From positions 1,376,001 through 1,440,000 of the forward strand of contig CAXXOA010000001.1 of NCBI GenBank assembly GCA_963666275.2: DNA of 64,000 nucleotides. Direction: 5' to 3'. The notes beneath the pieces are model-generated. The model was given only the letters and a program-made list of their open reading frames with translations, did no database searches and was not told the origin of the DNA. Of this stretch, positions 39,300-50,500 are shown piece by piece. The DNA is from Oceanispirochaeta sp. GTDB lineage: Bacteria > Spirochaetota > Spirochaetia > DSM-2461. The first letter of the stretch is position 1. Each line of letters starts with the position of its first letter. The position numbers were made by a program, and so were the translations under genes.

Positions 39300-40154
39300 A
39301 TGATTCGCGGACTATACACAGGCGCCAGCGGAATGCAGGCTCAACAGCATAGAATGGATGCCCTTGCCAATAACCTGGCAAATGTCGATCTGACCGGTTA
39401 CAAACGGGATACATCAGTACATAAGGCTTTTCCGGAAATGCTGATCCGTCGATTCAATGATGACGGTGTTCATCAGTTTCCCATAGGCAGTGTGGATTCC
39501 GCACCCATCGTGGGAAAACTGGGAACAGGGGTTGAATACAACGAATCCTATACTGTTTTCGAACAGGGAGCTCTGAAAGAGACTTCCAATCCCTTCGATC
39601 TGGCCCTGGACGGAGACGGTTTTTTCACCATAAAAACCAACCAGGGAGAACGGTATACCCGGAACGGAACATTCATTCTGGGTAAAGAAGGATACCTTCT
39701 TACAAAAGAGGGTTACCAGGTTCTCGGTGAAAACGGTCCCATCCAGATAAAACTCAACAACTTTACCATAGATAAACAGGGAAGGATCTTCCAGAACGGA
39801 GAGCTTTCCGAAAATCCCAGGCGTCTTGTTTCCATGAATGAGAATGACTGGGCCGATACAGAGCTTGTGGATAATCTCAAAATTGTCCGGTTTGAAGGGA
39901 ACGGTAACAGGTTCCTCAAAAAACAGGGCAGTTCCCTCTGGACGGATACTCCCGAATCCGGAGCCGCCTATGTAGCAGAAACAGGCGGCAGACCGAAAGT
40001 TCTGCAGGGGTTCCTGGAAGCATCCAATGTGAATCCTGTCAGAGAAATGGTGAATATGATTGAAGTGAACAGAGCCTATGAAGCCAATCAGAAGGTGATC
40101 ACTTCTCAGGACAGTCTTTTGAATAAACTGATAAATCAGGCGGCCAGGTACTAA
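39300..40154 (+). CDS. flgF: flagellar basal-body rod protein FlgF-like
   Basis: ANNLAN, YTRNG, LEASNVN...YEANQK. Confidence 0.85.
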   Translation: MIRGLYTGASGMQAQQHRMDALANNLANVDLTGYKRDTSVHKAFPEMLIRRFNDDGVHQFPIGSVDSAPIVGKLGTGVEYNESYTVFEQGALKETSNPFDLALDGDGFFTIKTNQGERYTRNGTFILGKEGYLLTKEGYQVLGENGPIQIKLNNFTIDKQGRIFQNGELSENPRRLVSMNENDWADTELVDNLKIVRFEGNGNRFLKKQGSSLWTDTPESGAAYVAETGGRPKVLQGFLEASNVNPVREMVNMIEVNRAYEANQKVITSQDSLLNKLINQAARY

Positions 40155-40177
40155 GAGGCCCCTAGGAGTATAGCATT

Positions 40178-40972
40178 ATGATGAGATCATTATGGACAGC
40201 CGCATCAGGAATGAACGGCCAGCAGTTCAACATCGATACAATTTCCAACAACCTGTCAAATGTGAATACCACAGGGTATAAGCAGGTCCGTGCGGATTTT
40301 GAAGATCTGATTTATCAGACAAGCCGCATAGCCGGGACCCCTGCCACAGAAGATACTGTGGTTCCCACGGGAATTCAGGTGGGTCATGGAGTTAAAGTGG
40401 CTGCCACTCAGAGGATGTTTACCCAGGGATCTCTTCAGAATACAGGGAATGATTCGGATATAGCCATCATGGGGGAAGGTTTTTTCAGAACCCTCCAGAT
40501 CGACGGTACCTACGGCTACACAAGAGACGGAGCGTTTAAAATCGACTCGAATGGACAGATTGTTACATCCAATGGAAACAAGCTTCTGCCGGAAGTGATC
40601 CTGCCCGAGGGATTTATTCGGGATTCTCTTGCCATCAGTCAGGACGGAAGGATCAGTGTAAAACTGCCCGGCGGAGATGACCCTGTCGATGTGGGACAGC
40701 TCCAGCTTTTCCGCTTTGTGAACCCCGCAGGTCTTCAGTCTGTAGGAGAAAATACATTCAAAATTTCCAGTGCCTCCGGAGATCCTATCGGAGGAAGACC
40801 CGGCTTTGAAGGAATGGGTAAGGTTTACCATAAGTTCCTTGAAAACTCCAATGTCTCTGTTGTAAAAGAGATGGTCAGCATGATCGTGGCCCAGAGGGCC
40901 TATGAGCTCAATTCCAAGGCGATCCAGACTTCTGATTCCATGCTGCAGATCGCCAACGGGCTGAAAAGGTAA
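40178..40972 (+). CDS. flgG: flagellar distal rod protein
   Basis: MRSLWTAASGM, SNNLSNVNTTGYK, AQRAYELNSK. Confidence 0.95.
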   Translation: MMRSLWTAASGMNGQQFNIDTISNNLSNVNTTGYKQVRADFEDLIYQTSRIAGTPATEDTVVPTGIQVGHGVKVAATQRMFTQGSLQNTGNDSDIAIMGEGFFRTLQIDGTYGYTRDGAFKIDSNGQIVTSNGNKLLPEVILPEGFIRDSLAISQDGRISVKLPGGDDPVDVGQLQLFRFVNPAGLQSVGENTFKISSASGDPIGGRPGFEGMGKVYHKFLENSNVSVVKEMVSMIVAQRAYELNSKAIQTSDSMLQIANGLKR

Positions 40973-40987
40973 TAGGAGGATCCCTGA

Positions 40988-41335
40988 ATGAGTGAAAATA
41001 TAAGTACTGCCGGCCAGTTTTACTATCAGAACAACAGCAGGTCTGTTCTGGAATCCACGCTGAACAGACAGGGATCCAAAGCCAATCAGTCCGAGATGGA
41101 TAAACTCAAAGACGCCTGTATGAATTTTGAGTCCCTTTTTGTCAAACAGATGCTGGATTCCATGAGAAAGACAGTCAATAAATCGGAACTGCTTGAAAAG
41201 AATATGGGAGAAGATATCTTTGAAGATATGCTCTATGATGAATATGCCAAAAAAATGACCCAGACTTCCCGCCTGGGAATCGGGGAAATGATGTACAATC
41301 AGCTTTCCCGGCAGCTCCCCTCAGAAATCCTTTAA
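40988..41335 (+). CDS. flgJ: short FlgJ-like rod-binding protein without muramidase domain
   Basis: FESLFVKQMLDSMRKTV...MLYDEYA...LGIGEMMYNQL. Confidence 0.85.
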   Translation: MSENISTAGQFYYQNNSRSVLESTLNRQGSKANQSEMDKLKDACMNFESLFVKQMLDSMRKTVNKSELLEKNMGEDIFEDMLYDEYAKKMTQTSRLGIGEMMYNQLSRQLPSEIL

Positions 41336-41355
41336 ACCAAAACCGGCTTTAAAAG

Positions 41356-43097
41356 GAGGCCGCTGAAAAAGTCCTGAAGGGCTAAATGAATGACATGGTT
41401 GCATAAAATTGTAGCCATGTCTTTTTTTTATGTTAAAATTTCCTAACTGCTTACCAGGAGAAGCTAAATGGTTCAAAAGCAAATGGAAATGTTATTAAGT
41501 CCCCACAGTGAACTTTATGATCTGTTGATCCCCAAGGATCATCTCCTCCGACGAATAAATGAGCTGATTGATTTTTCTTTCATCTATGATGAACTCTTGA
41601 GGAACTACTGCCCAGACAACGGAAGGAATGCCATTGATCCAGTCAGGCTCTTTAAATATCTCCTGCTGAAGGTTATCGACAATCTATCAGACGTGGATAT
41701 TGTGGAGCGTTCCAGATACGATCTTTCCTACAATTTTTTTTTGGGAATGGCTCCTGAAGATCCAGTGATCAACCCAAGCTCCTTGACCAAATTCCGGAAG
41801 TTACGTTTAAAGGACTCAAACCTGTTGGATTTACTGATTGGTAAGACAGTTCAAATAGCTCTGGATAAAGGTATAATAAAGTCGAAGTCTACCATTGTCG
41901 ACGCGACTCATACCCGGTCCCGCTACAATCAGAAAAGTGCTGTAGAAATACTTCGTGAGATTTCAAAACGCCTTCGTAAAGCTGTATATAGTATTGATGA
42001 ATCAATCAAAGAAAGCCTCCCTCCTAAAGCCGTAACCGGAACTCTTGAAGACGAGATCGATTATTGTCAGAAACTCGTTGAAGCCGTTCAAAAAGTCCCG
42101 GTAGTAAGCGAATATCCGAAAGTCAAAGAGAAATTGAATCTATTACAGGAGAAAATTACTGACGATCTAGAGCGTTTAGAAGAGGGAAATGATAAAGATG
42201 CCCGTGTCGGGCATAAAAGTGCAGACACCTCTTTCTTCGGGTATAAAACTCACATCGCAATGACTGAAGAGAGAATTATTACCGCAGCAGTCGTTACCAG
42301 TGGTGAGAAAACCGATGGAAAGCAGCTTCCTGAATTATTGGAAAAGAGTAAGTCTACAGGTATGGAGATAGACACCATTATCGGAGATGCAGCTTACTCA
42401 GGGAAAGATAACATTGATATGACAAAGAAGCAGAATCTTCAACTGGTATCGAAGCTTAACCCAAGTGTTTTGGATGGATGCAGGAAGCCCAATGAGGTTC
42501 TGGATTTCAATAAAGACGCTGGGATGTATGTGTGTAAGGCTGGGTATCTGGCTTTCCGAAAGGCAGTACAGGGAAAGAAAAGTGGTGGAAAGAACCAAGT
42601 CATTACCTACTATTTCGATGTTGAGAAATGTAAGAAATGTCCTATGAAAGAAGGCTGCTACAAAGATGGTGCAAAATCAAAATCATATTCGGTAAGTATA
42701 AAATCCGACTTACATAAAGAGCAGGCATCGTTTCAGGAGAGTGAATACTTCAGATTGAAGGCCAGGGAAAGATACAAAATCGAAGCCAAGAACAGTGAAT
42801 TGAAAAATCGTCATGGATACAATGTTGCCGTCTCAAAGGGGCTTGAGAATATGCAGCTACAGGGAGCAGTCTCAATGTTTGTTGTAAATCTGAAAAGAAT
42901 CCTGAAAATAACGATGTAAATCCAATCATAACCGACTTTAACTCACCCTAGATGATAAAACCCCATTAACCGGGAGAAATCAAAGGTCAGAAATGCTCGA
43001 AGTTAACTATATTGGAGTCAAAAACTGATTTATCCCCACAAAAGAAAAAAGGCCACAAAATCCTAAATAGAATTCTGCAACCTTTTTCAGCGGCCTC
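41356..43097 (+). mobile_element. IS1182-family insertion sequence, apparently intact
   Basis: 16-bp perfect terminal IRs GAGGCCGCTGAAAAAG (41356-41371 and 43082-43097); flanking 8-bp direct repeat TTTAAAAG. Confidence 0.92.
41468..42919 (+). CDS. IS1182-family DDE transposase
   Basis: HLLRRI, IVDATH, GYKTH, GDAAY, Cys-rich insert, RYKIEAKNSELK. Confidence 0.93.
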   Translation: MVQKQMEMLLSPHSELYDLLIPKDHLLRRINELIDFSFIYDELLRNYCPDNGRNAIDPVRLFKYLLLKVIDNLSDVDIVERSRYDLSYNFFLGMAPEDPVINPSSLTKFRKLRLKDSNLLDLLIGKTVQIALDKGIIKSKSTIVDATHTRSRYNQKSAVEILREISKRLRKAVYSIDESIKESLPPKAVTGTLEDEIDYCQKLVEAVQKVPVVSEYPKVKEKLNLLQEKITDDLERLEEGNDKDARVGHKSADTSFFGYKTHIAMTEERIITAAVVTSGEKTDGKQLPELLEKSKSTGMEIDTIIGDAAYSGKDNIDMTKKQNLQLVSKLNPSVLDGCRKPNEVLDFNKDAGMYVCKAGYLAFRKAVQGKKSGGKNQVITYYFDVEKCKKCPMKEGCYKDGAKSKSYSVSIKSDLHKEQASFQESEYFRLKARERYKIEAKNSELKNRHGYNVAVSKGLENMQLQGAVSMFVVNLKRILKITM

Positions 43098-43273
43098 TTT
43101 AAAAGAGCCGGTTTTTTTATTTATAACTACTATTTATGAGTCTTAAAATATCAGGGTGTATAAAAAAATAGACATATTCAATACCTCTTTAATAGTCTAT
43201 ATTTTTCTAAGATATTTTTTAAATCCATATAATATAACGTAATAAATGTGTTTTACCGATACTGGCCGGTATT

Positions 43274-43290
43274 TGGCCCCAATATTGCAT
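43274..43290 (+). promoter_or_regulatory. sigma54 (-24/-12) promoter candidate
   Basis: TGGCCCCAATATTGCAT = TGGC-N7-TTGCA with canonical GG-N10-GC spacing. Confidence 0.7.
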
Positions 43291-43314
43291 ATATATCTGC
43301 AGGGGGTGAATACT

Positions 43315-44157
43315 ATGAGACGACGTTCATCAGATACCAGTTATGAAACAAGTATGAAATTTTATCTTGATGAGATCTCCCGTTATCCACTACTGACATT
43401 TGAAGAAGAAATTGAACTGGCAGAGAAAATTGCATCCGGCGATATGGCCGCACGGCAGAAAATGATAAACTCAAATCTCCGGCTTGTGGTGAAACTGGCC
43501 AGTGCCTATAGAATTGCAGGTGTCAGCCTGATGGATCTTGTTCAGGAAGGGAATCTCGGTTTGATAAAAGCCGCGGAACGCTACGACTATCAGAAAAAGG
43601 TCCGGTTCTGCACCTATGCCGCCTGGTGGATTAAACAGGCGATTACACGCTACCTGACAGACCGGAGCCGGTCTATCAGACTTCCCTACAGAAAAGAGGA
43701 AGCTCTGCGTCATATGCAGGATTTTATTACTACTTTTACAAATGATCAGATGCGTTCTCCTTCGCTGAAGGAAATCTCCGAAGGAACGGGAATCAAATAC
43801 AGCGATGTCCTTTCCATAATGGAGTTTTCAAGCAATCCCGTGTCTCTCTATTCAGAAACGAATATTGAAAACGGAACACTCATCGATTTTCTCGAAGACA
43901 CCAGTTTTAATCCCGACGAGGCTCTTTTCAGGAAATGCGCTCTGGAAGATACAAGAAAATCCCTGGCTGAACTGAAAGAGAAGGAAAGGGATATCCTGAA
44001 ATTCCGCTACAATTTCGTAGACGGGAAGAAGCATACTCTGAAAACCATCGGAGAACAGATGGGAATCTCTCCCGAGACAGTCAGGCAGATTGAGATCCGG
44101 GCTTTGAAGAAACTGAAGGATCAGGCTGTGGATTTACAGGAATATATGTACTCCTGA
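43315..44157 (+). CDS. alternative sigma70-family factor (RpoS-like, no region 1.1)
   Basis: YLDEISRYPLL, NLRLVV, DLVQEGNLGL, TYAAWWIKQ, ETVRQIE; GGGGGTG RBS. Confidence 0.9.
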   Translation: MRRRSSDTSYETSMKFYLDEISRYPLLTFEEEIELAEKIASGDMAARQKMINSNLRLVVKLASAYRIAGVSLMDLVQEGNLGLIKAAERYDYQKKVRFCTYAAWWIKQAITRYLTDRSRSIRLPYRKEEALRHMQDFITTFTNDQMRSPSLKEISEGTGIKYSDVLSIMEFSSNPVSLYSETNIENGTLIDFLEDTSFNPDEALFRKCALEDTRKSLAELKEKERDILKFRYNFVDGKKHTLKTIGEQMGISPETVRQIEIRALKKLKDQAVDLQEYMYS

Positions 44158-44203
44158 TTCGATTCGTTATTGACCAGCACCGGAATATTTCTTTACATTC
44201 TAT

Positions 44204-44236
44204 AAAGCAGAACCTGCGGGTTCTGCTTTTCTTTTT
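44204..44236 (+). terminator. intrinsic terminator-like hairpin
   Basis: AAAGCAGAACC-TGCG-GGTTCTGCTTT followed by TCTTTTT. Confidence 0.75.
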
Positions 44237-44251
44237 AACCGGGAGCTTTAA

Positions 44252-45265
44252 ATGAAAGTATTGGGAATTGAAACTTCCTGTGATGAATGTGCCGCTTCAA
44301 TTGTCGAGGACGGACGGATCATTCACAGTAACGTGATAGCAACACAGTTGGATCTGCATCAGCCGTATCAGGGAGTCGTTCCGGAAATAGCATCCCGTCT
44401 CCATACGGAATGGATACAGTCCGTGGTAACCCGGTCTCTCAATGATGCGGGGATGACCGTAACAGATCTGGATGCGGTGGCCGCGGCTAACCGGCCCGGT
44501 CTTGTGGGGTCCCTGCTGGTGGGGCTTTCCTATGTCAAAGGTCTGGCATTTTCTCTGGGAATTCCTTTTGTGGGGGTGGATCATGTGAGAGCCCATCTTT
44601 ATGCTCCCCATCTGGAGCAGGATATTCCCTATCCCTATCTGGGTCTGCTTGTTTCAGGCGGTCACTCGGTGATCTCCATTGTCCGGGGTTTTGATGATAT
44701 TGAAGTGCTGGGGACAACCATCGACGATGCCTGCGGAGAGGCCTTTGACAAGGTTGCCAAATACTACAACCTGGGGTATCCCGGGGGTGTTTCCATCGAT
44801 AATCTGGCCCGGAAGGGAAATCCGAAGGCATTCAACTTTCCCACCCCCAATCTGCATAAAGGGGATCATGAATACGATGTCTCCTATTCGGGGCTGAAAA
44901 CAGCTGTGATTAATCAGCTGGATCAGTTCTGGAACCGGGATTATGAAAAAACGCCGGAAAATATTGCCGCGGCTTTTCAGAAGAGGGCTATAGGAATCCT
45001 TGTCAAAAAGCTCAAAAAAGCCATAAAAAACACAGGGATAAGCCGGGTTGTGGCCGGAGGGGGTGTGTCGGCCAACTCCTATCTGAGGTCGGAGCTCAGC
45101 AGCATGAGGGGTGTGGAAACCTATTATCCTTCACTGACACTCTGCACCGATAACGGAGCCATGATTGCAGGGATTGCCTATCACTATCTGCAGAGGGGTG
45201 ACCGGGATGATCTGTCGCTGACTGCAAAAGCCCGTGTTCCCTCTTTTAAAAGGTCATACCCCTGA
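44252..45265 (+). CDS. tsaD: tRNA threonylcarbamoyltransferase
   Basis: LGIETSCDE, HVRAH, VSGGH, DDACGEAFDK, TDNGAMIA. Confidence 0.97.
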   Translation: MKVLGIETSCDECAASIVEDGRIIHSNVIATQLDLHQPYQGVVPEIASRLHTEWIQSVVTRSLNDAGMTVTDLDAVAAANRPGLVGSLLVGLSYVKGLAFSLGIPFVGVDHVRAHLYAPHLEQDIPYPYLGLLVSGGHSVISIVRGFDDIEVLGTTIDDACGEAFDKVAKYYNLGYPGGVSIDNLARKGNPKAFNFPTPNLHKGDHEYDVSYSGLKTAVINQLDQFWNRDYEKTPENIAAAFQKRAIGILVKKLKKAIKNTGISRVVAGGGVSANSYLRSELSSMRGVETYYPSLTLCTDNGAMIAGIAYHYLQRGDRDDLSLTAKARVPSFKRSYP

Positions 45266-45412
45266 TTAATAAACTTGCATAATCAGCCCCTGAGCGGTTA
45301 TTGTAATAGGGTTGGGAGCATAGAGCCGGTTCTTGTTTATGGATGAACTGCCCTCTGGAATCCGAACCATCTGAATAAATCCGTATAATACCGTAATAGT
45401 TAGGAGAATATA

Positions 45413-45949
45413 ATGAGTACTTTTAATCTGGATGATTCTATAAGAAAAATTCCTGATTTCCCCCACAAGGGAATACTGTATTTTGATATTACCAGTATTC
45501 TTACCAACCCGGAGGCCTTTTCCTGGTGTATAGATCAGATGTGCGAATATTACAGGGATAAAGAAATTCACGCCGTAGCGGCAATCGAATCCCGGGGATT
45601 TATCTTTTCCGCTCCCTTTGCCAAAGCCATGGGGATCCCTCTGATTCTGGTGAGAAAGGCGGGTAAACTTCCGGGGGTTACCCTGAAGAAAGCCTATCAG
45701 CTTGAATATGGAAAGGCGGAAGTGGAGATCCATCAGACAGATGTACCCCAGGGAAAGAATGTCCTCCTTGTGGATGATCTGCTGGCTACGGGCGGAACCA
45801 TGAGCGCTTCTGTGGAACTTCTGACCATGGGGGGAGCCAATGTGAATCATATCTTTGGTGTCATTGGTCTTCCTTTCCTCGGTTATGCGGAGAAACTGCC
45901 GGGAATGGACATAAAAACTCTGGTGGAATATAACAGCGAAAAAGCCTGA
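45413..45949 (+). CDS. apt: adenine phosphoribosyltransferase
   Basis: PDFPHKGI, RKAGKLP, LEYG, VDDLLATGGT. Confidence 0.96.
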   Translation: MSTFNLDDSIRKIPDFPHKGILYFDITSILTNPEAFSWCIDQMCEYYRDKEIHAVAAIESRGFIFSAPFAKAMGIPLILVRKAGKLPGVTLKKAYQLEYGKAEVEIHQTDVPQGKNVLLVDDLLATGGTMSASVELLTMGGANVNHIFGVIGLPFLGYAEKLPGMDIKTLVEYNSEKA

Positions 45950-46097
45950 TTCTGCTAAATCTGCAGGGGGAAAATCTAAAGTATTGAAAAAGTTTTTCTA
46001 TCGTATTGACAGAAAATCTCAATCATTATATTATCCCCTCAGATTGAAGCAGCAAGGCAGACGCCAAAGCGGAAAACCTTGCTGAATCATGAAATAT

Positions 46098-46169
46098 TTC
46101 CCGATAGTGTAATTGGTAACACTGCAGATTCTGGTTCTGCCTTTGGGGGTTCGAGTCCTCCTCGGGAAG
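46098..46169 (+). tRNA. tRNA-Gln (CUG)
   Basis: acceptor TTCCCGA/TCGGGAA; anticodon arm GCAGA-TTCTGGT-TCTGC; GGTTCGAGTCC; promoter TTGACA-17-TATTAT at 46006. Confidence 0.95.
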
Positions 46170-46184
46170 ATAGCAAAATACAGA

Positions 46185-46256
46185 GGTCCCTTCGTCTAAC
46201 GGCTAGGACAGGAGATTCTCATTCTTCAAATAGGGGTTCGATTCCCCTAGGGACTA
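46185..46256 (+). tRNA. tRNA-Glu (CUC)
   Basis: acceptor GGTCCCT/AGGGACT; anticodon loop TTCTCAT; GGTTCGATTCC. Confidence 0.95.
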
Positions 46257-46257
46257 T

Positions 46258-46284
46258 AACCGGCTAAGCTAAGCCGGTTTTTTT
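46258..46284 (+). terminator. terminator of the tRNA operon
   Basis: AACCGGCT-aagcta-AGCCGGTT plus T-run. Confidence 0.85.
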
Positions 46285-46355
46285 GTAAATAAAACCATTT
46301 AGCGATGTATATTTATTTACAAAAGCTGTATAAATATTTATCTGAGGGGTATTAT

Positions 46356-47507
46356 ATGCAGGAAAAAGCATACCTCATACTGGAAGACGGAACAGTCTTT
46401 CCAGGTAAGGGGTTTGGCGAAGCGGCACCCAGGGTCTCTAAATTAGCAGGAGAGCCTGTGAAACCTTTCGGAGAAGTAGTTTTTAATACGGGTATGTCGG
46501 GGTATCATGAAATACTGACCGATCCTTCCTATACCGGACAGCTTGTAACAATGACTTATCCCCATATTGGAAACTATGGAACCGAAGACGACTGGTCTGA
46601 AAACGGCCCGGAACCGGATTCACGAAAAGATGTGAAAGTATCCGGTTTTATTGTCCGATCCCTGTATGACGGCCCCATCCCGGAGGGTCGAAAATCCCTT
46701 CATTCATTTATGGCTGACAATGGTATTTCCGGAATTACAGGAATAGATACCAGAAGACTGACCCTCCGTCTGAGGGATCTGGGCAGCTGTAACGGTGTTA
46801 TCGTAAGGACAGACAGCGAAAACGCTCCTCTCACAGAAGAAGATGTCAACACAGTTAAAGAGTACCTTGAAACTCTTCCTTCCATGGAAGGCCAGAACCT
46901 TATCGGCGGCGTGGGAACAGAGGTTCCTTATGAAATCGACGGCGACGGGCCTCATGTGGCTCTTCTGGACTGTGGAATTAAAGCCAATATCATCAGAATC
47001 CTGGAATCCAGGAACTGCAGGGTCACACTTTTTCCGTCGGACAGTACTTTTGAAGAGATTCAGAAAGTCAAACCCGACGGTCTGTTCCTGTCAAACGGCC
47101 CCGGTGATCCCGGTGTTCTCAAAAAACAGGTTCAGCTCACAAAAGATGCGCTGGGAAAACTGCCTGTGGTCGGTATCTGTCTGGGACATCAGATCCTGGG
47201 GCAGGCCATCGGAGCGGAGACCTATAAAATGAAGTTCGGTCATCACGGTATCAACCATCCTGTCCGGGATGAAGAGACAAAAAAAGTTTTTGTCACCTCC
47301 CAGAATCATGGATTTGCCGTCAACGAAGAGACTCTCCCCGAGGGTGTCACCGTCCGCTTCAGAAATGCCAACGATCAGTCTGTCGAAGGCCTGGAATGGA
47401 AAGAGAAAAAACTTCTCTGTGTACAGTTCCATCCTGAAGCGGCACCGGGACCAGTGGAATCCAGTTGGATTTTTGATGCCTTTCTTGAGACTATTAAGGA
47501 GAAATAA
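46356..47507 (+). CDS. carA: carbamoyl-phosphate synthase small subunit
   Basis: [32 protein letters not shown]. Confidence 0.97.
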   Translation: MQEKAYLILEDGTVFPGKGFGEAAPRVSKLAGEPVKPFGEVVFNTGMSGYHEILTDPSYTGQLVTMTYPHIGNYGTEDDWSENGPEPDSRKDVKVSGFIVRSLYDGPIPEGRKSLHSFMADNGISGITGIDTRRLTLRLRDLGSCNGVIVRTDSENAPLTEEDVNTVKEYLETLPSMEGQNLIGGVGTEVPYEIDGDGPHVALLDCGIKANIIRILESRNCRVTLFPSDSTFEEIQKVKPDGLFLSNGPGDPGVLKKQVQLTKDALGKLPVVGICLGHQILGQAIGAETYKMKFGHHGINHPVRDEETKKVFVTSQNHGFAVNEETLPEGVTVRFRNANDQSVEGLEWKEKKLLCVQFHPEAAPGPVESSWIFDAFLETIKEK

Positions 47508-50500
47508 TGCCTGCCAGAACAGATATACATAAAATCATGATAATCGGGTCGGGACCCATTATTATCGGACAGGCCTGTGAGTTTGACTATTCGGGAACTC
47601 AGGCTGTAAAAGCTTTGAAAGAAGAGGGTTATGAAGTCATACTGGTGAATCCCAATCCGGCGACTGTGATGACCACTCCCGGTATTGCCGACAGGATCTA
47701 TGTAGAGCCTCTCACAGTAAAATATGCCACTGAAATTATCCGGAAGGAGAGGCCTGATGCGATCCTTTCCACCATGGGCGGCCAGACAGGACTCAATCTG
47801 ACTCTGGATCTGGAAGCCGCCGGGGTTCTTGAAAAATACAATGTGGAAGTGATCGGTGCCAGAACCGAATCCATCCATAAAGCCGAAGACAGGGGTGCCT
47901 TTAAAAAGGTCATTGAATCCCTTGGTTTGGAATCGCCCAGATCTATTACGACCAAAACCGTAGCCGGGGCTCTCAAGCTGGAAAAGGAAGTCGGACTTCC
48001 CCTGGTTATCCGGCCCAGTTTTACCCTGGGAGGTATGGGGGGCAGTATCGCCTATTCCCACGAGGAACTGAAAGATCTTGTAGAAAAAGCCCTTCTGGAA
48101 AGTCCTGTAGGGGAAGCTCTGATTGAAGAGTCCCTGATCGGCTGGAAAGAGTTTGAGCTTGAAGTCATGAGAGACAAAGCGGACAATGCCATCATTGTCT
48201 GTTCCATAGAAAATATTGACCCCATGGGAGTCCATACGGGAGACAGTATCACCATTGCTCCGGTTCAGACCCTTTCGGACAGAGAGTATCAGGTCATGCG
48301 GACAGCGGCGATCGATATTCTCAGAGCCATCGGAGTAGACTGCGGCGGTTCGAATGTACAGTTTGCTGTAAAGCCAGATACGGGGCGAATGATTGTCATC
48401 GAAATGAATCCCAGAGTTTCCCGTTCCTCCGCTCTGGCCAGTAAGGCCACAGGGTTTCCTATCGCCCGGGCCAGTGCGAAACTGGCGGTCGGTTATACAC
48501 TGGATGAAGTTACCAATGAAATCACAGGGAAAACAGCCTCCTGTTTTGAACCGGCTCTTGATTACTGTGCGGTAAAGGTTCCCCGGTTTGAAATGGAGAA
48601 GTTCCCTACCGGATACGGTGCACTGGGAACCCAGATGAAGTCGGTCGGTGAGGCTCTGGCTCTGGGTAGGACTGCCATTGAGGCCCTGAACAAGGCCCTC
48701 AGAGCCTCTGAAACCGGTTTTGACGGTCTCACTGAGCTGCAGGGTGTTGATGATAAAGGTCTTGAAACCGTCCTGACCACAGCCCATCCCCGGAGACTGC
48801 TGGGAGCTTATACCTGGCTGAAAAGGAATCCCGAAGGGGATATTCAGATGCTCTCTGATATGACAGGCTTCAATGCATGGTTTCTCTACCAGATCAAACA
48901 GCTTGTGGATCTGGAAAAGAGGGTGGTCCAATCGGGAACACCCGATAAAGAGCTCCTTCTGGAAGCCAAGCAGGCCGGGCTGTCTGATGAAAAAATCGGA
49001 GAGTATACAGGAAAGCCGGCCGGTGAAATCAAAAAACTGAGAGAATCTCTGGGAATTGAGCCTGCCTATCACTTTGTGGATACCTGTGCGGGAGAAATCA
49101 ATGCGGAGACCCCCTATTTCTACTCAACCTGGGGAGAGATCGATGAAGGGACTCCTACAGGGGAGGAAGGGGTTATTATCCTGGCCTCCGGGCCCAACAG
49201 GATCGGTCAGGGTCTTGAGTTCGATACCTGCTGTACCCTGGCATCCCTGAGTTACAGGGAACTGGGTAAAAAGACAATCATGATCAACTCCAATCCCGAG
49301 ACTGTTTCAACAGACTTCAATATTTCCGACAGACTCTACATGGAGCCTCTCACAGCAGAAAGCGTTATTCAGATCATGAAAAAAGAGGATGTCAAACGGG
49401 TTGTCGTTCAGCTCGGCGGACAGACGCCTCTGAATATGGTGGAGGAGCTTGAAGAAGCGGGCGCCGAAATTATCGGGACTTCAGTGGATAATATCAATAT
49501 GGCGGAAGACAGAAAACTTTTTTCTGAAGCCATGAATAAACTGGGGCTGAACCAGCCGGACAATAAAAGTGCGGTCACTCCCGAAGAGGTAGCGCTCTTT
49601 TCCAAGGATATCGGTTTTCCCGTACTCCTGAGACCCTCCTTTGTTCTGGGCGGAAGAAGCATGTTCATTGCCTATTCGGAAAAAGAACTGGAGATCTTCC
49701 TCAGTAAGGGAATCCCCATCTCAAAAGAGAGACCTGTTCTGGTCGATCAGTTTCTGGAAGATGCTTTCGAGTATGATCTGGATGCTGTCTCAGATGGGAA
49801 GAATGTCTATATCGGCGGCATTATGCAGCATATCGAAGCGGCGGGAGTCCATTCCGGCGATTCGGCCTGTGTCTTCCCTCCCTATAAATCGACTCCAGTG
49901 ATCCTGGAGGAGATGGTAAGCGCTGCGGCCTCTATCGCCCGGGAGTTTCAGGTCAAAGGATTTCTGAATATTCAGTTTGCAGTCAAAGACGATGTCCTTT
50001 ATATCCTGGAGGTTAACCCCAGGGGGTCCAGAACTGTTCCCTTCCTTTCCAAGGCTTCCGGAGTCAATCTGATCGAAGCGGCTGTGAAAGTATGGAATGG
50101 TGTGGATCTGAAAGAGCAGAAACTTGTGGATGATTCCGGTATCGGTCAGGGGGCCTGTCAGACAGGCTGGGCTGTGAAAGAGGCTGTTTTCTCCTTTGAC
50201 AGGTTTGCCGGACTGGATCCTGTTCTGGGGCCGGAAATGAAGTCTACAGGAGAAGCCATCGGAATCGGAGAGACCTACGGTGAGGCCTTTGCAAAGGTGC
50301 AGGCTGCGGTCGGTTCCTACCTCCCCACAAAGGGGAGGGTGTTTGTCTCGGTCAACGACAAAGATAAGGAAACGATTCTGCCTATCATCAAAGACCTTCA
50401 TGATATGGGATTCGATATAGCCGCTACCAGAGGGACAGCGGATTTCCTCTACAAACATGATATTTTTGCTGAGGTGATCCTGAAGCTTCATGAAGGGCAT

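Noticed and set aside
45266..45850. 194-aa minus-strand ORF
   Set aside because: Mostly antisense to apt
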